Counted from the first letter of the stretch, positions 1-11,320 are shown. The stretch: 64,000 nt of DNA from an uncultured Pelagibacteraceae bacterium (GCA_902604055.1 CACKXA010000001.1:10789-74788); one strand, 5' to 3'. Notes: a model not told the origin generated them from the letters alone. Translations and numbers: made by a program.

Positions 1-1
1 A

Positions 2-1009
2 TGATCCTTTATAACTCAGTCCTGTATCATTATTATAAGAAGATTTGCTAAATCCTTGACCTCTGCCGATTTTTAAAAATTTTGTTTTTCTGTGATCATA
101 AACCTCTTCTTTAGAAAGGTTTTCAAAAAATCGTAAATTTTTAATAATAGAATGTTTAATATCGTCAGCTATAACTTCTGGATTTCTATGAGCTCCACCT
201 ACTGGCTCGGAAATTATTTCATCTATAACCCCTAGACTTAATAAATCTTTTGATGTCATTTTCATTGCTTCAGCTGCCTCTAACGATTTGCTTGGGTCTC
301 TCCAAAGAATAGATGCGCAGCCTTCTGGGGATATGACTGAATAAATAGAATTTTCTAACATAATAACTTTGTTAGAAGAGGCCAATGCTATAGCCCCTCC
401 TGAACCACCTTCTCCAATAATAATAGAAATATTAGGAACAGTTAAAGCCATTGACGACTCTATTGAGTTAGCTATTGCTGATGCTTGACCTCTTTGTTCG
501 GCTCCTATTCCTGGATAAGCTCCTGGTGTATCCACGAAAGTAATTACAGGAATTTGAAATCGGTCAGCTAATTTCATTAACCTTATACATTTTCTATATC
601 CTTCGGGACGCATCATCCCAAAATTTCTTTCTATTCTTGTATTCAAATCTTCTCCTTTTTCTTGTCCAATTACTAAGACAGACTTATTATCGATTAAGCC
701 AAAACCTGCTATTACAGATTTATCATCACCAAAATATCTATCGCCTGAAAGTAAAGTAAATTGAGTAAAAATTTTTTTAATATAATAATTTGCTTTAGGT
801 CTATCTTCGTGCCTGGCAACCAAAGTTTTTTGCCAACTGTTCAAGTTTTTATAAGTTTCTATTAATTTTTGATTAATTTCCTCTTGTGTAATTTTTATCT
901 TATTTGTGTCTACTTGAGAAATACCTTCTGAGCCAAAGGGATTTTTAAGATTTTCCACTTCTTCTTCTAAAGATTTTATTTCTTTTTCAAATTCTAAATA
1001 GTTTTTCAT
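2..1009 (-). CDS. accA: Acetyl-CoA carboxylase carboxyltransferase alpha subunit (3' end runs off the window)
   Basis: Not in the ORF track. The reverse strand from ATG 1009 reads MKNYLEFEKE..., with VDTPGAYPGIGAEQRGQ, IIGEGGSGGA and YSVISPEGCASILW motifs; the frame is open to the window edge. Confidence 0.95.
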   Translation of the reverse strand, partial: MKNYLEFEKEIKSLEEEVENLKNPFGSEGISQVDTNKIKITQEEINQKLIETYKNLNSWQKTLVARHEDRPKANYYIKKIFTQFTLLSGDRYFGDDKSVIAGFGLIDNKSVLVIGQEKGEDLNTRIERNFGMMRPEGYRKCIRLMKLADRFQIPVITFVDTPGAYPGIGAEQRGQASAIANSIESSMALTVPNISIIIGEGGSGGAIALASSNKVIMLENSIYSVISPEGCASILWRDPSKSLEAAEAMKMTSKDLLSLGVIDEIISEPVGGAHRNPEVIADDIKHSIIKNLRFFENLSKEEVYDHRKTKFLKIGRGQGFSKSSYNNDTGLSYKGS

Positions 1010-1125
1010 TTTACAATCAATATAATGTTACTATTAATAGAATTCAAATAAGTCAATAAATTGACTAAAACCAGTATCAATTATCGTTTGACTTTAAAGT
1101 TTAGCTGGGTGAAAATGTAAAAAAT

Positions 1126-1268
1126 ACGGGAGAGACTATTTAAATATAGAGCCGAAGGAGCAACCACCCCGGAAACTCTCAGGCAAAAGGACCGTGATTA
1201 AGATAATTCTGGAAAGAGACATGGTCTCACCGAAGGAGTAAATCTCTCAGGTACCAATACAGATGGGG
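1126..1268 (+). promoter_or_regulatory. Tandem glycine riboswitch upstream of malate synthase
   Basis: Two aptamers with GGAGAG/GGAAAG...CCGAAGGAG...CTCTCAGG cores. A glycine riboswitch on glcB is established for SAR11. Confidence 0.95.
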
Positions 1269-1285
1269 TAATAAAATTGGTACAC

Positions 1286-3454
1286 ATGAATTTAATTGAA
1301 AAAAATGAGCTTAAAATAAACTCGAAACTGTTCGATTTTATTAATAATGAAGTCTTGCCAGGAACTCATGTCGAAATAGAAAATTTTTGGAGTAACTTTG
1401 GCAAAGTAGTTCATGAGCTTTCTCCGATAAATAAAAATTTAATTAAAAAAAGAAAACATATTCAAGAAAAAATTGATGAGTGGCACAAGATTAATAAGGA
1501 CAAAGAACTCAATAAAAAAGAATATACAGAATTTTTAAAATCAATCTCCTATATAGCAGAAGAAAAAGAAGATTTTAAAATTGAAACTTCAAATGTTGAT
1601 AGTGAAATCTCATCAATTCCAGGTCCGCAATTAGTAGTTCCTGTAGACAACGCTAGATATGCTCTCAATGCTGCTAATGCGAGGTGGGGAAGTATGTATG
1701 ACGCTTTATACGGAACTGATGTGATAATTGGAGATAAAGGCAATGGCTATAATAAAGAAAGAGGAGATAAAGTCATTTCATATGTTAGAAATTTTTTAGA
1801 CGAAGTTGCTCCGTTAACTGATACAAGTTGGAAAGAGGTTTCAGAAATTAAAATAAACAATCAAGAAGCAATTTTTATTAAAGACAAGAAGCAAAACTTT
1901 CTTATAAATAAAGAACAATTTATTGGTTTTAAAGGTGAAAAAAATAATCCAACATCAATATTAATTAAGAATAATAATCTTCACATTGAAATTTTAATAG
2001 ATCCACAAAATTTAATTGGAAAATCAGATAAAGCTTCTATTTCAGATGTAGTGATTGAGTCTGCTATTTCAACTATTATTGACAACGAAGACTCTGTTGC
2101 AGCTGTAGATGCAGAAGATAAAGTGAAATGTTATAGAAATTGGTTGGGTCTCATGAAGGGTGACCTAACTGCCAATATGGAGAAAAATGGGAAAAAATTT
2201 ATTAGGAAATTAAATCCAGATAAAAGCTTTATTTCTAAGGATGGAAAGAAATTAACCTTACATGGAAGAGCGCTGCTTCTTAATCGGAATGTTGGACATT
2301 TAATGACTAATCCCGCAATATTATTAAAAGATGGTTCTGAAATACCTGAAGGCATTATGGATGCCTTTATAGCTACTTTGTGTGCTTTACATGATTTTAA
2401 AAATAAAAAAAATTCAAGAACTGGTTCAGTTTATATTGTTAAGCCAAAAATGCACGGCCCAGAGGAAGTGTCTTTCACGAACACTCTTTTTGGAAAAGTA
2501 GAAGAAGTTTTGGGTATCAAAAAATATTCTATCAAAGTTGGAATAATGGATGAAGAGAGAAGAACTACAGTTAATTTAAAGGAATGTATAAGACAAGTTA
2601 AAAATAGAATTGTATTTATTAACACTGGTTTCTTAGACCGTACAGGTGATGAAATGCATACCTCATTTGAGGCAGGCCCTATGATCTTTAAGGGAGATAT
2701 GAAAAAATCAAAATGGCTCAACTCATACGAAAATTGGAATGTTGATGTTGGTTTAAGTTGTGGTTTTTCTGGTAAAGCTCAGATAGGAAAAGGGATGTGG
2801 GCAATGCCAGACCAGATGTCAAATATGGTAGAACAAAAAATCGGGCACCCTAAATCTGGAGCTAATTGTGCATGGGTACCTTCTCCTACAGCCGCAACTT
2901 TGCATGCCATGCATTATCACAAGGTAGATGTATTTTCAGAACAAGACAAAATAAAATCTAGAAATAAAGCAAAGTTGAGTGACATTTTAGAAATACCAAA
3001 AGCTGACAGACCTAACTGGTCTTCCGAAGACATTAATCGAGAAATTGAAAACAATGCGCAAGGTATTTTAGGTTATGTAGTAAGGTGGATAGATCAGGGC
3101 GTTGGCTGTTCAAAGGTACCAGATATAAATAATGTTGGTTTAATGGAAGATAGAGCAACATTAAGAATATCTTCTCAACATATTGCTAATTGGTTACATC
3201 ATGGTATTTGCTCTAAAGAGCAAGTAATGAAGATAATGAAAAAAATGGCAACTATAGTAGATAAGCAAAATGAAAATGATCCTGCTTACAGTCGAAGTGG
3301 AAGATCAGGATATAATAAAATGTCCGATGATTTTGATAATTCAGTAGCTTTTTCAGCGGCCTGTGATTTAGTTTTTAAAGGAAGAATTCAGCCTTCAGGA
3401 TATACTGAGCCTCTCTTACATGAAAAACGGTTAGAAAAAAAAGCATCAAATTAA
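1286..3454 (+). CDS. glcB: Malate synthase G
   Basis: [36 protein letters not shown] and [14 protein letters not shown] motifs; ATG at 1286 preferred over TTG 1277. Confidence 0.97.
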   Translation: MNLIEKNELKINSKLFDFINNEVLPGTHVEIENFWSNFGKVVHELSPINKNLIKKRKHIQEKIDEWHKINKDKELNKKEYTEFLKSISYIAEEKEDFKIETSNVDSEISSIPGPQLVVPVDNARYALNAANARWGSMYDALYGTDVIIGDKGNGYNKERGDKVISYVRNFLDEVAPLTDTSWKEVSEIKINNQEAIFIKDKKQNFLINKEQFIGFKGEKNNPTSILIKNNNLHIEILIDPQNLIGKSDKASISDVVIESAISTIIDNEDSVAAVDAEDKVKCYRNWLGLMKGDLTANMEKNGKKFIRKLNPDKSFISKDGKKLTLHGRALLLNRNVGHLMTNPAILLKDGSEIPEGIMDAFIATLCALHDFKNKKNSRTGSVYIVKPKMHGPEEVSFTNTLFGKVEEVLGIKKYSIKVGIMDEERRTTVNLKECIRQVKNRIVFINTGFLDRTGDEMHTSFEAGPMIFKGDMKKSKWLNSYENWNVDVGLSCGFSGKAQIGKGMWAMPDQMSNMVEQKIGHPKSGANCAWVPSPTAATLHAMHYHKVDVFSEQDKIKSRNKAKLSDILEIPKADRPNWSSEDINREIENNAQGILGYVVRWIDQGVGCSKVPDINNVGLMEDRATLRISSQHIANWLHHGICSKEQVMKIMKKMATIVDKQNENDPAYSRSGRSGYNKMSDDFDNSVAFSAACDLVFKGRIQPSGYTEPLLHEKRLEKKASN

Positions 3455-4056
3455 GTGCTAGTTACCGGTACTCTATTTTTAAAAGCTGAAAATAATGTTC
3501 CGTCATCAAGCTGCTCAATTTCACCTCCTACTGGCAATCCTTGAGCTAACTTTGTTATTTTGATTTTGTCGTTTTTAATTGTATCCTCAATATAGTGAGC
3601 TGTGGTTTGGCCTTCTACAGTAGCGCTAGTGGCAATAATTACTTCTTTTAAATTGTTTTTTTTAATTCTTTTTACTAAAGAATCTATTAACAAATTTTTC
3701 TGTTCATAATTTTCACTCGAATTTAAAGTTCCTCCTAAAATGTGATAATGACCTTTATAAATATTTGCAGAATCAATTACCCACATATCTGCAAGATTCT
3801 CAACCACACATATTTTATCAAAAGTTTCATTTGAGGAACAAATACAAACCTTATCTATTATTTTTAAATTTCCACAATCAATACATCGTACTACACTTTT
3901 GTAAACCTGAGCTAATGATTTAGCTAAAGGTTTAACCATACTGTCTTTATTGTTTATTAATTTTAGAATAATCCTTTTTGCGGATTTAGGTCCAAGTCCT
4001 GGAAGTTTAGAAAATTGTCTGATCAGCTCGTTTATTTCAGGAATATTATTGTCCAT
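3451..4056 (-). CDS. recR: Recombination mediator RecR
   Basis: [11 protein letters not shown] HhH, Toprim CVVE...D, EGQTTA and [10 protein letters not shown]; dnaX-ebfC-recR synteny. Confidence 0.95.
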   Translation of the reverse strand: MDNNIPEINELIRQFSKLPGLGPKSAKRIILKLINNKDSMVKPLAKSLAQVYKSVVRCIDCGNLKIIDKVCICSSNETFDKICVVENLADMWVIDSANIYKGHYHILGGTLNSSENYEQKNLLIDSLVKRIKKNNLKEVIIATSATVEGQTTAHYIEDTIKNDKIKITKLAQGLPVGGEIEQLDDGTLFSAFKNRVPVTST

Positions 4057-4376
4057 TAAAAAGGTAATTTAAAATCTGGAGGTAAATTTAATCCTCCTGT
4101 TACTTTTGATAATTCTTCTGCAGATTTTTTTTTTAGGTTTTCTTTTGCATTATTATATGCCGCTTTGATTAAATCGTTAATTATTTCTTGATCTTCGTTT
4201 TTAGCTTTATCGCTAATAATTATCGATTTTAAATCATAATCTCCGGTTAAAATTACTTTAACTAGATCACCTCCTGCCTCACCAGTAACCTCAATTTGTT
4301 TAATTTTTTCTTGAGCCTCTTTCATTTTATCTTGCATATCTTTTGCTTTTGAAAGCATGTCAGAAAAATTAGTCAT
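4056..4376 (-). CDS. ybaB: YbaB/EbfC nucleoid-associated protein
   Basis: GEAGGDLVKV and DLIKAAYNNA motifs; lies between dnaX and recR. Confidence 0.93.
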   Translation of the reverse strand: MTNFSDMLSKAKDMQDKMKEAQEKIKQIEVTGEAGGDLVKVILTGDYDLKSIIISDKAKNEDQEIINDLIKAAYNNAKENLKKKSAEELSKVTGGLNLPPDFKLPF

Positions 4377-6057
4377 TTATTTTTTCTTTCTCTTGAATAT
4401 CTATAAGTTTAGCATCTGGAAAAGCTTTTTCAAATTCTTCTGCTAAGTTACTTTTTTTAAAATTTTCAAATTTATTAGATTTTTTTTCTTGATTTTGTTC
4501 ATATAGACTTTTTGCTTCACTATTTTTACTTAAAGAAATAATCCACCTTTCACCTGTCCATAATAATAATTTTTCAGTAAGGTTTTTTATAAAATTTTGA
4601 TTTAATTTTTCATTAAAGCTAATATCAATTTTTCCTTTATTGAAACTAACAAGTTTAACATTACGCTCTAAATCATACTTGAGTTCTACTTCCTTTTCTT
4701 TATTGGCTTGATCGATGAGGTCTTGAAAACTAGTAATTTCTATATTTTTTTTTGTATCGGAAGAAAGAGTTTTAAGTGGATTATTTTTTATCTGTTCAGT
4801 ACTTTTAAGTTGATTTTTTGTTGAAGTCGAAAAATTATTTTCTACATTTTCACTGCTTAAACTTCCTCCAATTAGATCTTTTTGCTTCTGTTCATTTTTG
4901 TTTTCAATTTTATTATTTAAATTTTCATCTTTATTTTCTATATTTTTGAGATGAATTAGTTGCATTATATACATTTCGAGAGATAGATTTTCATTGCTTA
5001 CAATTCTCAAATCATCAATAGTTTTAATTGTAAGCTGCCAGAACAAGCCTATATCCTGCATATCAATATTTTTTGAATATTTATCAACCATTTGAACTTC
5101 GGTCTCTGAGATAGACATATCTTTCTCAATAGGTCCTAAGCTAATTCTTCTGCTGAATAAATAAAGTATTTCAAGAATATCATTTAAAAAATTTCTAGCA
5201 TCTATTCCATCTTTACTTAATTCCTTAAAATATCTTAATGACTCTTTTTCATTTCCATTTAACACCTCTTTAAATAGCGATATAATTTTAGTTCGATCAG
5301 CAAGTCCAAGCATTTCTCTAACATCAGACTCTTTAATTTCGTTGTTTTGGTCTAATGATTGAGAAATTAATGATCTATCTAAAAGTGATATTGCGTCTCT
5401 AACAGAACCTTCTGAAGCTCTAGAAATTAATCTAATTGCATCTTCAGAGATTTTTCCATTTTCTTTTTCAGCAATATTTTTTAAATGATTAAAAAGTTTA
5501 TCCTTGTCTACTCTTTTCAAATCAAACCGTTGACAACGAGATAATATGGTAACTGGAATTTTTCTTGCTTCAGTAGTTGCTAGTATAAATTTTAAACTTG
5601 GAGGCGGCTCCTCTAAAGTTTTTAATAATCCATTAAAAGCTTGTTTTGAAAGCATGTGTACTTCGTCGATAATAAAAATTTTAAATTTTGCGCTTGTAGG
5701 ACTGTATTTCGAACTCTCAATTAACTCTCTAATATCATCTATTCCTGTTTTTGAAGCTGCATCCATTTCTAAAATATCTATATGATTAGAACTAATTATC
5801 TCTTCACATGTGGGACAAAATTTTTCTTTCGAGCATTTAATTTGTTTATCAATATTTTTTTGGCAATTCAGTGCTTTGGCGATCAGTCTTGCTGTAGTAG
5901 TTTTTCCAACTCCTCTAATCCCTGTTAATAAATAAGCATTAGGAGTTTTGTTAAGTGCAATTGCATTTGTAATTGTTTGGGACATAACTTCTTGACCTAT
6001 CAAGTCTTCAAATTCTTGAGGTCTATATTTCAAAGCTAGGACAGTATTTTTTATCAT
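4369..6057 (-). CDS. dnaX: DNA polymerase III gamma/tau subunit
   Basis: KYRPQ, GIRGVGKTT, DEVHML, SRCQRF. Start moved to ATG 6057 because the longer ORF overlaps the SRP RNA. Confidence 0.96.
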   Translation of the reverse strand: MIKNTVLALKYRPQEFEDLIGQEVMSQTITNAIALNKTPNAYLLTGIRGVGKTTTARLIAKALNCQKNIDKQIKCSKEKFCPTCEEIISSNHIDILEMDAASKTGIDDIRELIESSKYSPTSAKFKIFIIDEVHMLSKQAFNGLLKTLEEPPPSLKFILATTEARKIPVTILSRCQRFDLKRVDKDKLFNHLKNIAEKENGKISEDAIRLISRASEGSVRDAISLLDRSLISQSLDQNNEIKESDVREMLGLADRTKIISLFKEVLNGNEKESLRYFKELSKDGIDARNFLNDILEILYLFSRRISLGPIEKDMSISETEVQMVDKYSKNIDMQDIGLFWQLTIKTIDDLRIVSNENLSLEMYIMQLIHLKNIENKDENLNNKIENKNEQKQKDLIGGSLSSENVENNFSTSTKNQLKSTEQIKNNPLKTLSSDTKKNIEITSFQDLIDQANKEKEVELKYDLERNVKLVSFNKGKIDISFNEKLNQNFIKNLTEKLLLWTGERWIISLSKNSEAKSLYEQNQEKKSNKFENFKKSNLAEEFEKAFPDAKLIDIQEKEKIND

Positions 6058-6064
6058 TTTAAAA

Positions 6065-6154
6065 GAGGCAGGCAACAACCTGAATAATTTTCACTACGGC
6101 TGCTTCTTTTCAGATCTGACCGGGTTTATGAAACATCCACCTGATGCCAACCTC
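6065..6154 (-). ncRNA. ffs: Signal recognition particle 4.5S RNA
   Basis: Reverse strand has GGTCAGATCTGAAAAGAAGCAGCC (SRP domain IV) inside a long hairpin closed by GAGG/CCTC; sits upstream of dnaX as in many bacteria. Confidence 0.92.
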
Positions 6155-6212
6155 AATATGAGTATACCAAGATCAATTTGAATACTACAAGCCAAGAATC
6201 AAATTTTGTGGA

Positions 6213-7055
6213 CTATTTTTGCCTAAAAGATGAGGCTTCGTAAACTCCTAGAATGTGAAGCATTACAGTATGAAAACCAAGTTCTTCCATTGCTTTTTTT
6301 ACTCCTGGCTCTTCAAGATGACCTTCCAAATCTAAGTAAAAATTCGCCTGATCAAAAGTATTTTTTACTGAAAAGCTTTCTAACTTTGTTAAATTGATTT
6401 GGTTAGTGGCAAAACCTCCTAAACATTTATAAAGAGCTGAGGGTTCGCTCTTTAATCTAAAGATACAACTAGTTATGTATTTTTTTTCTTTATTAAACTC
6501 AGGTTGACTTATGTTTTTTCCCATTATCAGAAAACGGGTAACATTACCTTTCTCGTCCTCTACATTTTTTTCTAAAATTTTTAATTTATAAATTTTTGCT
6601 GAAAGACCAGAGGCAATAGCAGCGATTGATTTATCACTTCCTTCAGCTAATTCTTTTGCAGATCCAGCCGTATCAGCTGAAATTATCGACTGAAATTTAT
6701 TTTTATTAATAACCTTCTGACATTGTCCAATTGCCTGAGCATGGCTTCTAACAAATTTAATATCATTAATTGTTGCCTCCGGTTTGCTCAATAGATTGTG
6801 TTCAACGTTTAAGAAATATTCACCATGAATTTGTAATTTATACTTTGGCAATAAATAATGAATGTCAGCGACTCTTCCGGCTAAGGAATTTTCAATTGGA
6901 ATTATAATCTTAAAATTTTCATTTTCATAAGCTTGCTTAAAAGTTTCTTCGAAAGTAGCACAAGTTTTTATTTCTGCATCTTTAAATAAATCGTTTGCAG
7001 CTATATGAGAATAAGCGCCAAGTTCTCCCTGAATAGCTATTTTATCTTTTTTCAT
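6213..7055 (-). CDS. pheA: Prephenate dehydratase
   Basis: QGELGAYS, PIENSLAG, NVTRF and ACT-domain INLTKLES motifs. Confidence 0.95.
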   Translation of the reverse strand: MKKDKIAIQGELGAYSHIAANDLFKDAEIKTCATFEETFKQAYENENFKIIIPIENSLAGRVADIHYLLPKYKLQIHGEYFLNVEHNLLSKPEATINDIKFVRSHAQAIGQCQKVINKNKFQSIISADTAGSAKELAEGSDKSIAAIASGLSAKIYKLKILEKNVEDEKGNVTRFLIMGKNISQPEFNKEKKYITSCIFRLKSEPSALYKCLGGFATNQINLTKLESFSVKNTFDQANFYLDLEGHLEEPGVKKAMEELGFHTVMLHILGVYEASSFRQK

Positions 7056-7785
7056 TTTTTTCCATTAGCTTTTTAACTTCAATTAGATCTTCTCTGGTGT
7101 CAACACTTAACGGAAAAGATTTTATGTATCCAACATGAATTGACATATCATTTTCCAGAGCTCTTAATTGTTCAAGTTTTCTTTTAAGCTCAAGTTTAGA
7201 TCTTTTTAGACTTACATATCTTACTAAGGCTTTGTTGGTAAAGGCATAAATTCCAACATGATGATAAAGTTGGTAAGTCGAGTCTTCTTTAATTCTTACA
7301 AAATCAATTGCTTTAATAAACTTATTTTCTGAAAATTTCTCATTTACTGCAACTTTCACTACATTAGGATTTTCTAATTCTATATTGGATTTTATACTAC
7401 TTGCTAAAGTACCTATTTCACATTTTTTTTTATTCATATAATGAGCTAAAGCAGATATATCTTTTGAATTTATATTGGGCATATCTCCTTGTAAATTGAT
7501 TACTACATCTGGCAAACCATTTAATGTTTTTTTAAAAACTTCATAAATTCGATCAGTTCCAGTTTCATGTTCTTCAAGCGTCTTTATCACATTGCCTCCA
7601 AATTTTTTAACAACATCAACTATTTTTTGATCTGGAGTAGCAATATAAACTTCACCAACTTTAGATTTTATTGCTGCATCATAAACATGAAGTATCATTT
7701 CTTTATTGTTGATAAGTTCCAAAGGTTTGTTTGGCAGTCTCAAGGCATTAAGTCTGGAAGGTATTATTATGGCAGTTTTATTCAT
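7042..7785 (-). CDS. kdsB: 3-deoxy-manno-octulosonate cytidylyltransferase
   Basis: IIPSR...RLPNKPL, TGTDRI, INLQGDMP, LEQLRALE. Confidence 0.93.
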   Translation of the reverse strand: MNKTAIIIPSRLNALRLPNKPLELINNKEMILHVYDAAIKSKVGEVYIATPDQKIVDVVKKFGGNVIKTLEEHETGTDRIYEVFKKTLNGLPDVVINLQGDMPNINSKDISALAHYMNKKKCEIGTLASSIKSNIELENPNVVKVAVNEKFSENKFIKAIDFVRIKEDSTYQLYHHVGIYAFTNKALVRYVSLKRSKLELKRKLEQLRALENDMSIHVGYIKSFPLSVDTREDLIEVKKLMEKNEKR

Positions 7786-7876
7786 AATTATGCGGCTCAA
7801 AGACGCAAAATATTTCGTAATTTATAAGTTTTTTTTTAAGCAGTCGTGTTATACGTCAGTAAGTTGTAACAAAATT

Positions 7877-8419
7877 ATGGACAGTTTTGAAATAAATAAA
7901 ATCATAGCCGCAATCCTACTTACGGTGTTAATTGTTATAGGTATTGGAAAATTCACTGACATTCTATTTCACGTAGAGAAACCAAAAGAATCTGCTTACA
8001 AAATTGATGGTCTGGAGGCAACTTCAGTGTCTGCTAAGCCTGAGGAAAACAAAAAAGAAGAAGAAGTTGATATTACTCAGCTTCTTGCGATGGGAGATTT
8101 AGTTCACGGTCAGAAAGTTTTTAAAAAGTGTAGTGCCTGTCATATGATAGCAAGCGATGGCAAAAACATGATTGGTCCAAACTTGTGGAGTGTAATAGGA
8201 AGACAAGCAGGCTCAGTAAAAGACTATAAATATTCAAAAGCAATGATAGCGTACGGAAAAGAGTGGTCATTTGAAGAGATGAATGCATATTTAATTAAAC
8301 CTCAAGCTTATATTAAAGGTACAAAAATGGCATTTGCAGGTTTAAGAAAAGAAAAAGATAGGGCTTCGGTTATTCTTTATATGAATAGTAAGAGCAGTAG
8401 CCCAAAACCTTTACCTTAG
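7877..8419 (+). CDS. cycM: Membrane-anchored cytochrome c (CycM/cytochrome cy type)
   Basis: MDSFEINK start, N-terminal TM helix, CSACH heme motif, GPNL, GTKMAFAG. Confidence 0.9.
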   Translation: MDSFEINKIIAAILLTVLIVIGIGKFTDILFHVEKPKESAYKIDGLEATSVSAKPEENKKEEEVDITQLLAMGDLVHGQKVFKKCSACHMIASDGKNMIGPNLWSVIGRQAGSVKDYKYSKAMIAYGKEWSFEEMNAYLIKPQAYIKGTKMAFAGLRKEKDRASVILYMNSKSSSPKPLP

Positions 8420-9342
8420 GCTAAACACCAATTTATAATACTTTTTTGAGCATGAACTCTATTCAATGCTTGCCTCCAAACGACAGATTGTTTTCCATCT
8501 ATTACTTCGTCGGTAACTTCTTCTCCTCTTCCTACTGGTAGACAATGCATAAAAATTGAGTCAGGTTTTGCCATTGTCATCAATTTTTTATTTACTTGAT
8601 AACTCATTAAGTTTTTCTTTTTTTGTTTTTTATTTACTTTATCATTCATAGAAACCCATTTATCAGTCATCACACAATCTGAGTCTTTTACGGCTTCGGT
8701 TGGTTTTTGTGTGATTAAAAGTTTTACTTTATTTTTTTTTGCCCAACTTAATATTCTTTTATTAGGCATATATTTTTTAGGACATCCAATTTTTAATTGA
8801 AAACTAAATTTACCTGCGGCTTCAATTAAAGAATTTGACATATTATTATTCCCATCTCCCAACCAAGAAATAACTTTACCTTTGATAGATCCTTTTGTTT
8901 CCTCAAAAGTAAGAATATCAGACATAATCTGACAAGGATGACTTTGATCTGAAAGACCGTTTATAATAGGTATTTTTAAATGCTTTCCGAACTCCTCTAA
9001 ATTTTTATGAGATGAAGTTCTAAGCATAACTATGTCTACATATTCAGTTAATACTTTTGCTGTGTCTTTAAGTGTTTCATCTCCTTTTCCGTAATGAATC
9101 CCATCAGGATTTAAAATAATAGAATGTCCACCGAGCTGTTTAATTGCAATATCAAAAGACATTCTAGTTCTAGTAGAAGGTTTTTCAAAAATCATGGCCA
9201 TTGATTTTCCTTCAAAAGGCTTGTCTCTGTCGGGTGACGATTTATTTAAATTTTTTCTATTTGATTTTCTTGATTTTGCCTCTTCTATAATTGATCTCAG
9301 TTCTTCAGAGGATAAATCTGAAATATTTATAAAATTTTTCAT
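8416..9342 (-). CDS. argF: Ornithine carbamoyltransferase
   Basis: FEKPSTRTR, HPCQ, WVSM, FMHCLP. Confidence 0.96.
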   Translation of the reverse strand: MKNFINISDLSSEELRSIIEEAKSRKSNRKNLNKSSPDRDKPFEGKSMAMIFEKPSTRTRMSFDIAIKQLGGHSIILNPDGIHYGKGDETLKDTAKVLTEYVDIVMLRTSSHKNLEEFGKHLKIPIINGLSDQSHPCQIMSDILTFEETKGSIKGKVISWLGDGNNNMSNSLIEAAGKFSFQLKIGCPKKYMPNKRILSWAKKNKVKLLITQKPTEAVKDSDCVMTDKWVSMNDKVNKKQKKKNLMSYQVNKKLMTMAKPDSIFMHCLPVGRGEEVTDEVIDGKQSVVWRQALNRVHAQKSIINWCLA

Positions 9343-10505
9343 CTATAATTCTCACAAACTTTGTTAAGTATCTTTAAAGCTAAATTAATTTCTTTTTTTG
9401 TAACATTTAAAGGAGGCAAAAGTCTGACTACATTTTCTGCAGCTCTTATACTAAGAAGATTATTGTCCAATAATTTATTGATAAATTTTGTTTGATCCTT
9501 TTGTAAACACAAACCTATTAATAAACCCTTTCCTCTAACCTCTTTAATAATTTTTGGATACTTTTCTCTAATTTTATTTAGTTCATTAATAAAATATTCT
9601 CCATTTTTTTTAACATTACTCAAAAATCCTTTTTTAAACATTACATCCATAACAGCGTTTCCTGCGCTCATAGCTAGTGGATTGCCTCCAAACGTCGATC
9701 CATGAGTACCTGGTTTCATTCCAGACGCTACTTTTTTATTAACTAAAACAGCCCCAATAGGGAATCCTCCTCCAATACCTTTAGCTATAGGTACGATATC
9801 AGGTTTTATTTTAGCGTATTCAAAAGCAAAAAATTTTCCACTTCTGCCTATGCCGCATTGAACTTCGTCTAAAATTAATAAAATTTTTTTCTTATTACAT
9901 AATTTCCTTAAACCCTTAAGACAAAAGTCTGGGATTACTTTTATACCCCCTTCTCCTAATATAGTTTCAACCATTATTGCTGCCGTTCTATTTGTAATAG
10001 CTTTTTCTAGAGCTTTATGATCTCCAAAATTAAAGTGGTCGAAGCCATCAACTCTCGGATAAAAACCCTCTGTTGCCTTTTTACTGTTACTGGCAAAAAT
10101 TGTTGCGAGTGTTCTTCCGTGAAAACTATTATTAATACACAAAACTCTATTTTTTCTTTTTTGACCTCTAGAGTAAAAGTATCTTCTTGCAAATTTAATC
10201 GCCGCCTCTGTCGCTTCAGCACCAGAATTTTGAAAAAAAATGAAATCAGCAAATGTTTTTTGTTTAAGTTTTCTCGCTAATTTTTCTTGTTCTGGAATTG
10301 TAAAAGCATTTGATACATGCCACAACTTTTTTGATTGATTTAGAATAGCTCTATTTAAATAATCATTGGAATGCCCTAAACAATTTACGGCTATGCCTTG
10401 AACAAAATCTAAGTATTTTTTTCCATTAGTTGCATACAAAAAACTTCCTTTTCCTCTCTTAAAAGAAATTTTTTTTCTATTGTAAGTATTTAAAATTGCG
10501 CTCAT
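9339..10505 (-). CDS. argD: Acetylornithine aminotransferase
   Basis: NSGAEA, FHGRT, DEVQCG, AKGIGGG, HGSTFGGNP; adjacent to argF. Confidence 0.95.
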   Translation of the reverse strand: MSAILNTYNRKKISFKRGKGSFLYATNGKKYLDFVQGIAVNCLGHSNDYLNRAILNQSKKLWHVSNAFTIPEQEKLARKLKQKTFADFIFFQNSGAEATEAAIKFARRYFYSRGQKRKNRVLCINNSFHGRTLATIFASNSKKATEGFYPRVDGFDHFNFGDHKALEKAITNRTAAIMVETILGEGGIKVIPDFCLKGLRKLCNKKKILLILDEVQCGIGRSGKFFAFEYAKIKPDIVPIAKGIGGGFPIGAVLVNKKVASGMKPGTHGSTFGGNPLAMSAGNAVMDVMFKKGFLSNVKKNGEYFINELNKIREKYPKIIKEVRGKGLLIGLCLQKDQTKFINKLLDNNLLSIRAAENVVRLLPPLNVTKKEINLALKILNKVCENYR

Positions 10506-10507
10506 GA

Positions 10508-11320
10508 CTAAGATACTATTTTATACCCTTTTTTAAATAAAATATAGGTAGCTAACCAACTTAAAAAGCTTAAGACCATTAAGTAAATAATTCCTATTTT
10601 AATTGATCCATCTGACACTCCTATAAAACTATATCTAAAACCATCTATCATGTAAAAAAAAGGATTGAATTCACTTATTGTCTTTAAGATACCTGGCAAT
10701 CTATCTATAGAATAAAATGTACCTGAAAGAAAAGATAAGGGAATTATAACAAAATTTGTGACGGTAGCCATATGGTCAAATTTTTCAGCCCACAATCCGG
10801 CTATTATTCCTACATTTCCAAGTATGAAAGAAGATAAAAAAGTAAATAAAATTAATGTAAAAAAATGTTTGATTTGAATATCGACTATCAAATAAAAAGT
10901 TAAAATGGATATCGCGCCAATCAAAAAACTTCTAGTAACCGCAGCTAAAGAAACAGAAATAGTTACTTCGGTAGCAGATAAAGGGGCATAGAGAAGATCA
11001 ACGATATTTCCTTGTATTTTGCTTATCATAAATGAGGATGATGAATGAGAGAAAGACTGTTGAATTACCTGCATAGCAATTAGGCCTGGAGCTAAAAAGA
11101 TAATAAATGGTACGCCCAGCACTTCGCCTCTTTCATTGCCAATTGCTAGAGATAAAACCAATAGAAATAAGAGAGATGAAATTAAAGGAGAAAAAATTGT
11201 TTGTAGCCAAACGTTTAAAAATCTCAAAGTTTCTTTTTGATATAGAGTCCAAGCTCCGACCCAATTTATTAAGCCAAATCTTCTTTTCCCAATTTTATAT
11301 TTTTTAGATATTTCAACCAT
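10508..11320 (-). CDS. ABC-2 type transporter permease (YadH-like)
   Basis: Multi-TM protein with FLAPGLI, FLSGTFY and NPFFYMIDGFR motifs. Confidence 0.88.
   Translation of the reverse strand: MVEISKKYKIGKRRFGLINWVGAWTLYQKETLRFLNVWLQTIFSPLISSLLFLLVLSLAIGNERGEVLGVPFIIFLAPGLIAMQVIQQSFSHSSSSFMISKIQGNIVDLLYAPLSATEVTISVSLAAVTRSFLIGAISILTFYLIVDIQIKHFFTLILFTFLSSFILGNVGIIAGLWAEKFDHMATVTNFVIIPLSFLSGTFYSIDRLPGILKTISEFNPFFYMIDGFRYSFIGVSDGSIKIGIIYLMVLSFLSWLATYILFKKGYKIVS

Noticed and set aside
6058-6078. N-terminal extension of DnaX (MLPASFK)
   Set aside because: It overlaps the SRP RNA; ATG 6057 is the more plausible start.
7706-7876. Long N-terminal extension of cytochrome c overlapping kdsB
   Set aside because: The family-typical start is MDSFE at 7877.
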